A stretch of DNA of 64,000 bases from Lingula anatina (lineage: Eukaryota; Animalia; Brachiopoda): positions 15,562,001 to 15,626,000 of the forward strand of contig CM120645.1 of assembly GCA_051362555.1 (NCBI GenBank). Direction: 5' to 3'. The notes below the pieces were generated by a model. It ran no database searches. It had not been told where the DNA came from and saw only the letters and a program-made list of their open reading frames with translations. The position numbers were made by a program, and so were the translations under genes. This document shows, one piece after another, positions 35,601 through 51,422 of this stretch (positions within the stretch are counted from its first letter, which is position 1; each line of letters begins with the position of its first letter).

Positions 35601-38600
35601 GCCAAGTCCACGTTCCAAAATATACGTATAAATTTTACTGTACGCTTGTGTTTGAGGCATTTTGGCTCATGTCCACAGAAAGGCATTTGATACATCAATT
35701 CTCAACATTATGACGGCCTAAAATCCGTGTGGCATTTTCCACTCATACGTTTAGCTCTGCACATGTACCTATAGTTCTGCAGCCGCACTTTTTCAATGTA
35801 GAAAGTCCTTACCTGAACACTCGGCTCAGTGGAATCTTCCAAGGCCAACTCCTCGCCAAGACGGTCTAATGCTGATGCCAGACCAGTCGATCCTTTCGCT
35901 TCCGAGTCGTAAAAAGACATTCCGCCTACAGAAAATGAGATTTCATTTCCCAGTGTGAAATAACATATTTCATATTAATAGCATATCTGTTGCAAACCCA
36001 ATGCTATTTGTAGAATTCTATATTTTTGTAGAAAGAGTCATTGTCAATGAGACACGATAGTGGGCACTTCCCCTTTGGTAACAGTAAGAAAAAAATCAAT
36101 TTATGAGAACCAGTGTAAAAACCATTATCAATAATTCCTCTTAAAACACGCACTCCACTTAATTGTAACTATCCGTAATTCAGAATTTGTAGAAATTTGT
36201 AGAAACTTGACATTTGTGTAATGTATAAATGTATGTGCCTCTATCAATAGTTATATGTAAACAAAAAAAGCAATATACAATGTGTACGGAAATGTGTGGT
36301 TACCCGTTCTCTTCCCGACCTCTTCCAGAATGTCATCTGCCTGTGCGCCAAAGGCGATGGTATTCACGGTCACTCCTGCCGACTCCAGAGTTCGGTTGGC
36401 GAACAGCTCCCAGGTATAGGGCTCAACATTCTGCTGGCCGTCTGTGATCAGAATGATGATAGAGCCCTCTGGAGATATGCCGTCCTTGCCAAGTGACTGA
36501 AATTAAAAAAGTGGTTCACTTCTCATAAAATTTATCTTTGTTTTATCACATATTTTTACAGACTTTGACACACAGCAAAAACAATGTTTCGGTTTATCTC
36601 TGACCAAAATACATGTATCTCGAAAAAAGAGGCAACTCGTACAGTAACAAATGTCTTTAAGTTAACGTAATGGCACAAATAGCTAAAGTTAACAACTCAC
36701 GTCTATGGCTTGCAGCAAGCCTTTCCCAATCGCGGTATTGCCTCCTTCCTTTGTCAGAGCCGCATTAAGGCGATTAGACATCTGCTTGGCGTCTGTTTTA
36801 CTCTCAATTATGGTTAGATTCTCAAGGATCGTTGCGTTGTCGTGGAAACCAATGACACCAATTTCTGTCCCCACTGGCACATTGTCCCGGATGAAGATGC
36901 TGGCAGCCTGGGTCATTTTCCTCAGTCTGTTTTGCTGGAGGAACAATTATGTTATTAATACGATTTCGTCGCTGCATTTGTAAGGTCTTTATGTTATGGG
37001 ATGCTTTCGAAGATAACAATTTTTCGTTTGACTTGTTAGATTTTGACATGTCCATTAAGGTAATCCGAAGACCAAGAAAATGAAGAGCGTCACAAGTCAA
37101 AATACAAACATTCAATCAATACTAACGTTACTAACTACATATTCCATGTACTACAGTATGTGCTCGCAAGGCATATCTAAGGACGAGGCTTATACCTTGA
37201 AAGCACTTGAACTGAAAGCAGCATTATATTAGCAAAAATTACCACTAAAATCGAATTGTCCTCTGCCCTCAACCATATTTTCTCAAACCTACGAAATAAC
37301 GTATTGGAATGTTAAAATTAGATCCCTGTGGCCGTAATATTTATGCAAAATAATGTATTGACTTTTGAACTCACCTTCCTCATACTCCAGGACATGTCCA
37401 GAACCATGACGACCCGCTTGCCCTTAATGACCTTGTTGTCCACTGCGCGTCTCACGGGACGCTTGTATACCAACCTGAACTTGGGGGAAGTGTCGGAGAT
37501 ATCTCGTGCAGGATTGTTGGAGCCTGGATCAAACAGTAAATGGGGTAGAAACATCAGATCTCGCGTATCTCATAAAAGTATGAATTAATATTTACTACTT
37601 ATTTATCAAATTATTGTCAGAGTAATGGGAATCGTTTGTGATCATGAATAACTTTCTGACTACTCGAGCAAGGCCTTATTGACCAAATGCACTGCGTATG
37701 TCTATGGCTGCTAAAAAAGGTCTTTCAAAAATACACTACTGGGTTGACTTTTCGATTCTTGCTGGCGCCTATAACAGTCACTGTAACGAGAAATAGAAAT
37801 TTACCAGTGAAATCCTCGTGCTGTTTGATGACGTCCCATGTTCCCGCGTTATTACAGAGCTTGTTTTGCATATTTGGCGCCAACGTGTTGTGGGTGTGGT
37901 GTCTGTCCTGGGGCTTGTTCTCACAGAAAGCTTGGACCTGAAATCGAATAATGACATCACATGTTTCATGGGTTTTCTGGTCTCCCATCTCAATAGCAGA
38001 TATCTCGAAGCAGCATGTGTTTTATTTTTTAAGTGTTTATTAACCTATTTCTTTCATTATCATTGAGTTTGTAATAAAAATTAACTCTTCGCATCAACAC
38101 AAGGTGCATATTTTATACCGCAAGGTAATGTTACAAAATTTCTTTCAAAACCAGTATCTAATCTATCGAGAGAGTTTAGTTTATCAAACATGTAGTGACC
38201 TAATAATTGGAATCCCATGCAAGCATAACGTTAAGTTGCCATACCTGATGGGGTACCCGTGGTGTAGTAAGATCTCTTATTAATGTATATTTAAACAGTT
38301 CTTTACGATCACAACAAAAGATAGTCTGCGCGGAGGAGGTACACAACATCGATAGAACCAGATACACAGCTATGCCGCGTATCAACTTCGAGGTTCCATA
38401 TTTACAGTGTTTCCAGTGTCAGTTTGGGGTAAATCGATCGATAAAATCATCATCCTAGATTCGTCCTACTTATCCGAGTGTTTTACGTATGTATCACGTA
38501 CTATTTCTGCCCCCGTACATTCCAGGCCTCAGACTATTGTCATGTTTGTAACACCCCTGCAACGCGGTTTTGTTGTTTTGACACCAAAGGGAGAAAGTTT

Positions 38601-41600
38601 AAAAAACAGGCGAAAAATAATAAGTTGGAGTTCATTCTTGCATAAATATTATTGTTTGCCTTAAAACAGGAAATCCAGCCCCTAATCTCTTAATCCGGGT
38701 ATTTTGTAGAGAAGATCTGTTGCGTTGTCAAAGCATTTAAAAACAATTTAGGACAAACATGGGAAAACAAAAAATTAAAACGACATGTGTTTGGTGTGTA
38801 TAAGCCTTTCCTTAATTGGTTTCTCAACTTGGAGACCACTCCATCAAGTTTGTTAAAAATATTTTACATTATTCAAAATGTTTTTAATTAAGAATATTCA
38901 AATTTGATGTTAAATTCAATTTAGCTTTATTTTATTGTTATATTCTTCATGCACTAGTATTAGATAAATATAGTGCCTAGGGCGGAGATATTTTGTCATT
39001 TTACTACATAGAGTGTAATTTAATATTATTATTGTATTTTGGGCATAAAAAACTTAAATAAGAATACGGTTTCCATTAAAATCGGCTGTAACTTACGCTG
39101 TCGATGAATTGGTAGAACATTATGGAGGCTTTGGCTCTGTTTCTTTTCAGTTCAGGAAAGAAACGACAGTCTTTCTCCGGGAGGCCAGTGTTCCTGTCGA
39201 GCTGACAGCGGCCGAAGGAGGTCTTGGTCAAGTAGCGCCCCATGACGGCCGTAGTACAGCCAGTGACGCGCGGACGCCGTCCATGAAGGTAAAACAGTGG
39301 GTAGTTCTCGTCCTCTTCCATACCATACTCGTCGAAGACGCCGTAACGAAGATGGGCGAACTCGTGAACCAAGATGCGACCTGAGGAGAGAAGAAGAAAA
39401 AGAAGAAGAAGAAGAAAAATCCTACTTTGCTGAAGCTAAATATCGTCTGTAAACTTACGACAGGATTGGATTATATGAAAAAAAAAATGATACTTGTACA
39501 TATACAGGTGTTTTTCTCAACATAATTTTTACTCTTTGTGATTAGATCTCTAAAGATGTTTTAATTAAAATTTAACAGACTAAATGAGCGGCGTTCAGTT
39601 TATTATCACAGATAAAAAGTACTTCCACACAAAGACACGTGAGAGACAGAATCCCGGTGAAATGAAAAAATGTCTACAGTGCCTAACTGAAAACTGAAGT
39701 TTGAATTATCCCTTCTATACAGTGTATGGGCGAGTAGGCCTATATCTTAAAATGTGTATCAAATGATCAAGAAATTATTCACTCATTACTGGCATTGCTA
39801 TGCAAATGAAAAGACCATAATTAATGGAAACGTACTTTAGTCAAATAACTTTCAAATACCAAATGTAATGAACACGTTGGCTCAGCCTCAATAGACCATA
39901 GACTGAAAGAGAGTGCCTGGTGCTTTTAGCGCGTAATTAATTCCATTACTGATATTCAGATTCAACATAGAAAAAGGACAGAAAGGACACTATAATCCCC
40001 ACTTAGTTGATTAAGGAAAGTATTTAAATGAAATCTTATCGTGAGTGTCGAGAGTGAGATATTTACGGGGTATCCATGTAATTTAAAGGCCTAACTTTTC
40101 TGACATTGGATCGGAATATAATATGGGCGATAAATCCCTTTTATTGGCCACAGCTTTTAGCCCATACTTCGTGGAACCTCGTTTTAGAAAGAAAAAATAG
40201 CCAGGATTACGGTTAGATGAAAAAACATAAACCAGCAGTTGAAATTGTGAAAGTAATGCACAAAATTAATGTAACACTCGACATCTACTGCTAAATGCCC
40301 CTTAATCGCGCGCATTAAAGGACCCAAACCGTTTCAAAAGAGAGATTTTAATCCATGGGAATCACAAAAGAAATGCCATCATATCCGAGCTACGGCCGCA
40401 TGGCCACCGGTATACAGCGTGGTCATTGCGATCACATGGACGCAAAATTAACCAATTTATCAGCTGAGAGCTCTCTGGTAAAACTCTCACTTAATGTTAA
40501 GATCAGGAGCTTGTGTGTTTTAATTGAGTGTGGCTCGCGTCTTACAGTTTTCAATCACTGAGATGCCAAAAATTTTGGATTTACGTCTGATTATACGGTT
40601 GACATTAAGTCTTACTGTAAGAAGGTGTGATTCTACTTTGTGCAAGTGAGAATGAAAAAAAAAAGAAAAACTCTAAATACATGCAAAAATTTTATCTTCA
40701 TTTTCTTTTCTAAAACAGTGACTAGATAGAGCCACCGAATCATTGACTATTTATTGTAAAACCAGTTCAAGCTGCATTTCAGTAAATCAATTTTGGGTAA
40801 TATTATTTCTGCTTTATATTTTCTCCTTTCGGTTTTGGTACATTACCAACACCAATTTATCTCCAGAGTGATAAAAAAAAAGATTGGGTATCTGTAATTA
40901 TAATGATCGGTAATTTACTTACCCCCCCCCCCCCCCAACAGTCATTGAAAACTTAACCTCTACTATTTGCATATAATACCTCTGCAAGTCCAGAAGCATT
41001 CTGATGACAAAAGTGAGTTCCTAGTAAACTCTGATCCCTATGGTGACATTTACCTGCCTCTCCCCATTTGTATTCTCTGTTCACCTCGGGGTCATCTCGG
41101 ACGTACCCCGGGGTGAAGTGGACGTACTCCCCAGGGTCCCCACACTGCCCAGGCTGTTTAGTGTAAGGGAGGTCGCCATAGAGAGGGTTTTCTGGGGCCA
41201 CGCGTATGTCAGATATCTCGTAGTTCTCTCTCAGTGCGGTTTCGTACTCTGGCTTGTCTTGCCACGTGTCCGGGATGAGGATGGTGACGTTACGGAAGAA
41301 GGCCCTCTTGCGGCTGGCTTGGTAAAAGTAAGTGGAACCGTCTTGAAACATTTTCTGGAAAATATGGAAGGAACCGTTTGTGTACAGTTGTAGTGATAAC
41401 TGATCAAACAAGTTTAATGAACTATTTGCTTAATAAATTTCCCATTTATATGACATCATTCAATTTCTTGTTGCTTTCTTTTTGCTTTGATTAAAAACCT
41501 CAAAGAAAAATTTGATACACATTAAATGGCATTCACATGAGCTACTGTACCATAACGTGCATTTCAAACTTCGTGTACTAGTATGATATAAGATTTATTT

Positions 41601-43488
41601 GGACTGTGCTTTTGTCTTTTTCTCAGTTATATGATTCCTGATCGCCTAATTTGCTGCTGAATTTTGGTTTGTTGTAGAAGCGTTTGTATTGACATTTTAG
41701 TCGGATCCATAAGTCTTCGGGTGTCTTTCCTGAGGGCATAAGATAAGAATACTGCTATAACCTCGCTGTCTATATCTGGAGGAATCCAACATTACTAGAT
41801 TGCTGAAATATTTAGTGCTTTTCGTTCTCCGTGGTCAAATTTACTTATCACTAAATTGGTCATTACTTTGGCCAGTATATGATCGGTATTACTTTTCGCG
41901 TTCCCATCTAACTTGCTCGCCAAGTTCTTGATTATAAATTTATATATAACGTCCATTTTCTTTAAAAGTTTTTTACCAGACTCGTCTAGACTTTGGATTA
42001 AAAAGCATATATTTCCATATCAAGACAGGTTCTTTTTTAATCGCTCCTTTTTATTTTCACTGAATCTATCCATTTTTGGATCAAGTGTTACATTCATTGT
42101 ATCAATAGAAAAGGTTAATTCGAGCCTTTTTATTACAACAACTACGTAAGAAAGATTACATTAAATTCTATTTTTTAACGAAGACGCATGCTGTTTCCAT
42201 GTTACAGCGGTTTTTCACCTTGTTGGTCGGATCTTCTTGACGAAGATCATCATGGAGACCAAGACATCTCCCCTTCGATAGAATCATATCACTGCCATCG
42301 CGACGTTTAGAAAATCCGGATTGTCTTAAGCAAACAAATTTCTTAATCCCGTCCTTCTACCTGATTCATGCAGTGTGAACACTTGTTAATTCGAATGGAC
42401 ATGAACCTACAGCTTGTCTGTCTCTTTTTCGTGTGTGTCTTTAAAAATATCTTATTCCTAAATGTCATGGTGCTTGTAAAGTTTAACATAAAAATAATTT
42501 TGAAAATAGCTGATATTCTCATAAGACATTTAGTTCAATTCTTTTTTCAGCTTTTCAATTTTTATTGATACACCTTTCTAAATCATACATCCACTCCCTC
42601 CTGTACATTTCAAATCATTTCAGCTCTTTCCTATCTTATCACTATGCCCCCGCTTGTGACCGTGTCCTATATTGTATATAATAAAAACCTCTAAAAGATA
42701 TCAGTTGTCTTAAAAAGAGTATTCCTTCCTGAATGAGACGTGGTTTTAAATGCGTAGCTGAAACGGATCTCAACCATCATTAACGTAATTAAGGCAGTGA
42801 AATGTGAAAGACATTCTAGAAAAAGCTGGTGTACCTTTTCAGATCTGAAGTTTAAAGCCATGGCCCTTCACATATTTTAAGCGTGCGTCTCAGGCACTAA
42901 TCCCTCAACTAGGGGAAAGATCACTCGGTCAAGATAAAACAAAATATGAATGATGCTCTCTGGAGTTTTTTCCGTACTACATTTTTTTTATATTGGACTA
43001 GCTTTTGTATCTCATCTTCTTTTAAATATGTATGTTTATATGCATAACATTCTTATGAAAGAGAAAAATTTATATAAACACACTTTTACTAGTCACTTGT
43101 GGGCTACATGTCTATTTCAGCAACTGTTCCATTTCATTATTCCTAAATTTCGTCACATAAGAGCAAATTTCCCCTCCATTTCAGTATCCACGAATATAAA
43201 AAAAACTATTTTGAAAGGGTAGTCCCTGAACAGAAAATACTCTTTTGATCTTTAGGTTTTTCTACGGCAAACGCAACCTTTTATTTACATATGCAATATG
43301 AGACCCGTGACCACTAGTTATACCTGTATTTCATCGACGATCTTCGACTCTTCTTTCACATCCTTATGTATGGCCACCAGGATATTGTCATAGCCGTTGT
43401 CCTTGATGGTCATCAGTGAGTGAGGACCTGCCTCACACCTTAACACCACCAACACCAGAACACTCGCCAATACACTGGACAATTGCAT
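32677..43488 (-). CDS. CLCA: CLCA-family protein (calcium-activated chloride channel regulator-like), copy 1, ~974 aa, 14 coding exons
   Basis: Exons 43488-43324, 41354-41054, 39380-39097, 37937-37805, 37523-37375, 36934-36701, 36496-36304, 35925-35813, 35542-35417, 35161-35057, 34701-34431, 34138-33977, 33626-33411, 33149-32677 join in frame (2925 nt). Motifs: signal peptide, NGYDNILVAI, PYTKQPGQCG, HEFAHLRYGVFDEY zinc motif, APNMQNKLC, vWA LDMSWSM, LKDNGAGAD...DDGVYSAYF, YPPSRVTDL, WTAPGGDLD (FnIII), C-terminal TM helix. Confidence 0.93.
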
Positions 43489-46072
43489 TCTGAAAATAGA
43501 AAAATTTAAAAATTAAAATAAAAAAACTCTAAAAAATTCAAACGAAAGAATAATAGTGTGAATGTGTGTGAGAGAGAGAGAGAGATGTGGGTTTCGGATC
43601 ACCATGTTTTAATCTACATAATGTATCTGAAAGATAGCATATAAATATTTGACATCATGTAAACCGATTTGCCACAGGCTTATTTTCGTCGTTTTAGTCC
43701 TTTAGGGATTGGAAGAGCTGGACATGACACTGCATTTAATTTGTAGAAATTATGAGAATGTGTCGAAGGAATTTGTCATCATTACATCCCCTTCCCACAT
43801 TCATTTTTTCTTTCGATTACATTTTTTTCATAAGATACCACAAGATATTTTTACATGTTTAGGCGTCTTTAACTGAAGAAACGGTTTGCATTTGCAGCAT
43901 GAACTGAACATAAGGTGTAAAGCAAAATAACCGAACAAGACAAAAACGTCTACCGAAATTGAAACAGTCCCCCTAAAAACGGACCGTATGAATCATTGAT
44001 AAAAAGTGAAACGTCCCTTTAAAGGACTTTGTCCAAGAAAGAAATAAAAAGGCGATACAATATTACTATTATAAACATTTTGTTCTGCGTTAAGACACGA
44101 AGTCTCATTTGAAAAGTCTCATTTGAAGAAAAAACAAAAAACAACATACATGAACATAACAATAAACTTAAAATGATTTATACTTAAAGTAGGAATACTT
44201 GATACAGCGTTACCTTGAAGTCTGCCGGTACTTCTATACTGCCTTGTCAGTGTAGCTTCACGCTGTCCTTCGCGTAAAAAGCCGACTTAAAAACGAACTG
44301 TGACTTAAGCGTGTCGGTAGCGTTTATCACGAGCGCGCTTAATCCCTGCGGATAAAGTACCACTGCAAACTTGAACAATTTATCACTTTGTGTAAATATT
44401 TGACATAACCTCCGAGTTGTAAAGGTAACAATTAGTAACAATTATTCCTGTAATTAGCGACAGCTGGTATCTAAGGTTTGATAGAGTTGGTAAATACCCA
44501 ACAACTAACTGGAGATCGTGAAATAAAAATCCTGCTGAAGTTGTGCGGGTTATCTGTATCAATGAAAAAAGTGAAGCTTCGCTGAATATTCACGTCTGTT
44601 AGCAACTCACAAAACTGGAGTTTTAACGACAGGGATTCGTGTATAAGTATTTGGTACATGCGCATTTCTATAAATCCACTATCTGATCTACGTTCCGTTA
44701 GTACTTCACATAACTTCAAGGACGTAGGGTATCTATGTAACAACGTATTGCTGAAGCATTGCGACTTTGACCGGTGATCTGGTATGCCATGTCTTAATTC
44801 TCACCAAATTCTAACAAAACCGATGTTTGAAGTACTTCTTTCCAAATTATTATACGCTCAAATGTCAGAAAATAAAGAATTGTGAGTTTGGTTTAAGTTC
44901 CGTCAAAATTGTGAAAAATTGAATAACTCGTTTTAAAAAGAAAATATTTGGAATAATAAAAATGCATGCGTCAATGTCAAAGCATTGTCCAGATACTAAA
45001 TAAATGATAAAGCCTTTTTACTTTTACTTTTTTTGGAATCCATTATCTTTATTAACTTCGTGGTGTTACTTAACTATAGAACGACATTTATTTTAGATAG
45101 CAATTTATTGAAATCCTTCATAATGATGTACATGTTACTGACAGCCTACATATCTTTTTCTAAGCAAATACTGGTCAAGGAAGTCATACCTTTGTGAAGA
45201 TGTAACTCAAATGAGGATTCACATACGCCCACTACCTTAAGGGTGATGCTTTATCCCTATGAGTGTGTAAAAGTCTGTTTAAAACTACCCTCTTAAAGAA
45301 ATTATCAGTTGAGAAAGTACAGTTGTGTTTATTTCAAATGAAAATCGTTTCAGACGTATACCGATCCGGTCATAGGTAAATTCTACTCAATAGTTGACTG
45401 AATTGGCTGACGTCAAAAGTTAAAATGAACAGTTTTAACATTAAATTTCATTGGTACAGTGTGTTGGCATGCGAAAATGTGAGGTCACGGGTCTATATTT
45501 TTCCGTAAAAGATTATTTTGCCGAGCTACAGATGTCGAAGACCTCCTTGTATTGGTGCATGTTTTACTCTTATGAAAACTAACAAATTTTAATTAAAATT
45601 AAATTTCAAAAGCACACGTACCGTCAATTTCACTTGTGCGATTAAATCAACATTTGATAGACTTTTACTTTTTTGTAACAAAGGCAGGATAAAGCATGAC
45701 ATCTACATAAATATTTTAATTTCAATATCTATTTTTCAATTTTACAGACTAAAGTTTAACATAAAAAACAAAGCCTTACAAAAATAAGTTTTTGTTTTCT
45801 GATTAATGGAAACTATACTGCTAAAGAAGAGCACACTGCTACAGAATTGATCGTTTTCTTCATTGGCCTATATTCGCGGCATCTAGGAATTCTTTTACCT
45901 CCTGAAGTTGAGAGTTCGCGTTACACAATTTAGATCTTTATATTATGTTTATCATAAACAACATTTATTATAGGTTCAGTGGTCTTTTTAGGATCTTAAC
46001 CACATTTTGGTACATTTAATTTAAATCAATCCACAAAAAAATAAAAAAGGAAAATAAATCCAAGATATCAGT

Positions 46073-49000
46073 CTAAATTCTAGGAGAAGCAGCAACTTTT
46101 CCTGCACTAGCCGCATACTTCAATTTGTACGCCAAGAAGGCCACGATCCCAACAATAAGAACGATTCCTGTGACACAACCTCCTACTATGGCTGCAATTT
46201 GGCTCCCATTCAGACCGAGGTCTTCTAACTCAAATGCAGCAGACGACACAACATTGGAAGGCTCGCCATAGTGCCCAGATGCGTCGATGGCGCGAACTGC
46301 GAAGGTCAATAGCGTGTCATTTAATCCGTTGACCTTGACCTTGGCTTGGATCCGGTTGCCGGCGCCTAATGGTGTGATTACTTCTAGCAGTGTTGCCTTC
46401 GAGCTACTATCAAATCCAGCAGACACTTCGTCAAATGACTGGCCAACCCGAATATCGTAGCCTGTCACTGAAACAATATAAAATATACGATGTGATTGAT
46501 TGATTGTTTACTTCTACCTATTATCAAAAAGGTGAAACTCCCAAGACAGAATCACGTTCAGTTCATTGATAACTTAGCCAATATTTAGCCAATTTTAGTA
46601 CGACTCGCCAATCCAGGGCATAAGCAAGCTCAGCACCTGCGCCTTATTTCATGGGGACATTTGGGACAAAGAAAGTCATGGTATGTACTCTGTTTACATG
46701 TCGTTTTAAGTGTACCGTGTGTTTGAAAGAGGCAAAATGTCAGGGTAATCATGAAATCAACGTATCGGTACTTTCGTCTTGGGAGTTCAATTCCCTTGAT
46801 TAAAATTTCACGCACATGCATTTTAATTGTGATAAGGGCAAAACTTTACCTCGCGTGTACTGATGAAGCTAAACAATGTCGACCAATTATCATAGAACAA
46901 ATCTGATGTTCACCTTACCTTTGCCGTAGTCAAGGTCCTCCCCTGGTTCTGTCCACTCTAGAGTGACCACTTTGGCGTCTTGGTCATAAGAGATCACTAG
47001 CAGGTCGATGATGCGGCTTGGAGGATATGGGTCTTGACCAGAGGTGTAATTGGTCACAACGAATGAACCGGCGTTCGTTGCTCTGTTCATCTTTGGTGCT
47101 GGAACCTTCCTTACTGGTTCCATCGCTCCTAAAATAGGAATTTAAAAAATATATATAAACATTCAATAAATAAGGGACATCACGACGTAAATTTCAGTAT
47201 AATCTTTTTACAGGTGTTGATTTAGTTTAAAACATGTTTATTTTTAGTTTATGTCAGATTCACTCTGGAAAAGCATGTTACATGTCACAACACCAAATAA
47301 AAAGCCATCAAAGAGGGTGAATTCAATAGGTTCATATTCTAATGTTAAGTTAAAAGAACAAAAGTTTAACTTAATATGTGGTTCGTAATTTAAAATAGCA
47401 TCACGCCATTGGCCACAACACAGTTTAACATTTATTTTATCAACATGATCAAATTTTGCTCTGTCTTGCCTGAAACTTTGGTCCGTTATATAACCAGGCA
47501 TAGTCAAATACAGTGAAATATGAAGTACAAAAATAATACAATGAATAACTAGACAAGCACTCAGAGAGCGCAGACCTCCGCCAAGGCAGCAAAGTCTCCC
47601 TCCAATGCCGTTTCACCCCTAAATTTTCGATAGTTTTGATTATTGATTATTGATTGATTATTGAACCGGATAACCACCAAAAACTAATCATCTTTTCCTT
47701 GGTCCTCTTCTAACAATTCCTGAAAATTGCATCAAAATCGGTCCATAACTTTTTGAGTTATGTTGATGACAGACAGACAGAAAGACAGGCAGACAGACAA
47801 ACAGGGGTGAAAACATAACCTCCTTGGCGAAGGTAATAAACCCAGTAATGTTTTTAAATACATTACATTGTAGCAAGAAGGCATCAGATACAATCCCTTG
47901 GTTTTAGTACCTGGTGTTGCGAAGGCTACTCCGCTTCCGCCTCCGATCTTGAACATGGCCGCTCCAGGCTTGGTCTCGGCTCGGACATCGACGGAATACC
48001 GGTCATTTGAGTTCATTGTCGTGAAGTAGGCCGAGTAGACGCCGTCGTCTGCTTCATTGTCGGAGCCTAGTAAAACAACGGAACACTCGTGTCAGTTAAT
48101 CCATAAGGCATAAAAATCTGAGCAGTTTTCTAGTAAAATTTTAATGATCAAAACTGGATGAAACAGAGAACAAATGTGTTACACACACGACTGACGGGCT
48201 GTTGTAACCTGCCATCCAGCATGCTCCAAGTGGAATAATAAAAAATAACGTTCGCTTGTGGAATATGAAATACAGGCCTTGAGACACAGAGTAACACAGA
48301 GTGGTTGCTCTTTTTTATGACTCGTGGGTATCTAGGGCGTGACATACAAGGTTGTTGGTATCTACAGTGTACCATACAAGAGAGTTTGTTCCACTCTATG
48401 GTATTCAGGGTGTACGCTGCACCTACCTGCCCCGTTATCCCGCAGCTGCAGGGTGACTCTGTCCTGACTGAGAGGCCGTTCAACATATGCAGTGACATTC
48501 GCATACAGCACAGGTGTATACCCCCGGGTCACCTCGGCATAGATCACCGTCTTAAGTGGGTACACGGCGTTCAGCCTGTTGACCCATGCCCGAACTCTGA
48601 CCGGCTCCTTGTATCCCTGGGGGTGTGACCGCACGCTCACAGTGACCACTTGCTTGGCTAGGGCGGGGGCAGTGTGTTCGATATTGTATGTCCAGTCACC
48701 GACCTACAAAGGGATTTTGATAGCTTTAATTTTAGTTTTGATATTTTCTAAGAGGCAGCTCTAGGGGTAACTTTGTTATCTTTTAAAGGTAGTTAACAAC
48801 TGTTTTGAAATAGGTGAAAGCACGGCCAAACCACCGACTTTAAATATCAAGTAGACAGTGTTGCAAAATGTTTTTACCGCATCAAACTACTCTCAGAGTA
48901 GCAAAAAGCAAAATTCAAAGCCATATGTGCTCTGATTTAAAATACAAAAGTGTGTTTCGTCTCACAATTCATCGCAAACTATACTAACCGATCTCCGAAC

Positions 49001-50968
49001 ATGTATCAGTGAAACACAAAATTACAATTGGGTATTATTTCGTTTATATAAGCATGCTTACCTCGGCTGTGTTAAAAGCAAACTGTATAGTCTTCGTTGA
49101 GTTGTATTCCTGATATTCGGGCGAGTTCAGGTCGAACCGTTTACCACTGGGGCTGGTTAGGCTTACAGCGATAGAACCAAGTTTAGGAAACATGAAGATG
49201 AATTTCGTGTCCACGCCTACTGTCTCGTCCACGGCCACCACGCCCTCGTAGGTGCTGCCCTCTTTCGGCAGAACCACGGACTGACGAACCAGCTGCAGCA
49301 AACAATTAAAATATACCCTGTTGGATTAAATCCATTTCTTTGAATTTATATGATTTTTATTTCCAACACAATCAATCAACTTAACATAAGGATTCTTTTT
49401 TTATTTTGTTTCACTATTGATAAGGGTTCATCACCTCGAGAAAAAGTGGACTGGGTCTTGAGACTTCAGTTACTATAATACCTAACGGAATTTTCGTCAG
49501 TCAAGATGGAGAAACCACTGATTATACTTTTGTTATTTATTTAGCCCGTGAGTCGAAGAAACAAGGTAGTTGTGGGAGTTTTAAAATTAGGCAATTTAAA
49601 ATTACAGTCACGCACCACGGCAGCATCTTTACTAGGATCACCCATGCCAGCGGTAGCAGCGTCCATGGCGGCGTCCAGTGCAGTTGAGAAGTCGCTCTCA
49701 GAGTAATAAAACGTTTTACCACCTGAAATATCATTTATTGATTCTTGTAAATACCAGTTTACTGTATATAAATCCGTTCAGTATCCGAACAGAGACATGG
49801 AAAGACTTTAAACTCAGATAAGCCGTCAACACTAAATTTGCAGTTTAGTAAGTAGCCTATAACGTAACTGTTGCCTGTCATTATCTCTTGTCATTGCAAC
49901 ATCCTTGTTATATGTGCATAATATTTCAAGGATCATATATTAATGATGATAATAATAATAATAATGAAAAGATAAGAAAGGAGCAAACAAATAAATAAAG
50001 GCATTACCGGATTTTTTCGATGCCACATCCAGACCATCATCAACCTTCCCGTAGCCGATAGCAGTGACGACGATCCCAGTGCCCTCTATATCTGACTTCA
50101 TGACGTCAGCCACGGAGGGGGATTCAGTCTCATATCCGTCAGACATCAAAACAATGTGAGCGTTCTCCAAACTGCGCCCGCCTGCGCTCAGCATCTGGAT
50201 ATATGGCATTAATTCAGTGAAATACGACCAAAAACGTTTGAAAAGACCGTAATTTTGAATAATTATCAAATAACCATATAAGCTTCTGAAGGTAAATATT
50301 TTAAACAGATATTGATGTATAATGCACCCACCTTTTTTAATATACAATGAAGATTTGCTCATCACATTACATAGTTTTTAATTATTGAAAAACAATTTCA
50401 TGTTTCCGAACTTTTTGGTCGAGTGTAGGCCTATAAACGTTCGCCATCTCTGTTTATCTTATAAGGTAATGGGTTACCATTTAGTTATAAATGGTTTTAA
50501 ATGTAAGTCTCGTCATGCGAGTTATTGAACTAAAATGACACGTACGTGCGTGCGTGCGTGTGTGTGTGTGCGCCTGTGCGCCTGAGAGAGAAAGAGAGAG
50601 CGAGAGAGTAATCGCACCTTCTTTGCTTGCTGTAAACCTTTTCCTATTGCCGTAGAACCACCCACAAATCTTGGCATATACTGTGCAAGCGACCCAATAA
50701 GCCTGTCTTTGTCGGCCTCATTGCTCAGCTTACGGAGTCCTAAGAAGGGCAAGTCATAGGCCTGGTTGTTAAAGAGAACGACCCCGACCTCTATACCCAG
50801 AGGTACAGATTCCCTGATAAATGAGGTGGCGGACTGGAGGACCTTAAACGCACGATCTTTCTGAAAAAGGTAAATATGAAGTGATTAAAATCTCAAAATA
50901 GTAGGCCTACTACTACTCCTACTACATGTACTACTACTACTACATTGTACTACTACTACTACTACTAC

Positions 50969-51022
<54 letters not shown>

Positions 51023-51389
51023 TGATAAATGGATAAAGTTAAAAGAGTACAGATCTGTTTGCAAATGAAGAAGGGAGTGCTTAAAAGCCTTGTATCGTTA
51101 TCTTTACTTACTTTGTTCATACTCTCTGAGACGTCTAAAACCAGAGCCAGCCGTTCACCGTCCAATTCTACTCCTGTCGAAGTGACTTTACGTCTAGGAT
51201 AAAGGGCCCGGAAAGATGGCTCAGTGTCAGTGATCTCACATGGTTGGCCCTCCTTTCCTGCGCACAGAATCGATAAGTAAGTTTACAAAATATTTTTTGT
51301 CCTTCTAAAGATTTGCGATTAAATGTTAAGTAATTAAAACTATATATTCGACTTTTAAAGAAGATGTAAGCTGTATATTTACATTCACC

Positions 51390-51422
<33 letters not shown>

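Noticed and set aside
50968-51165. Poly-tyrosine ORF
   Set aside because: Read-through of a CLCA exon into a (TAA)n microsatellite; the real exon ends at 51112.
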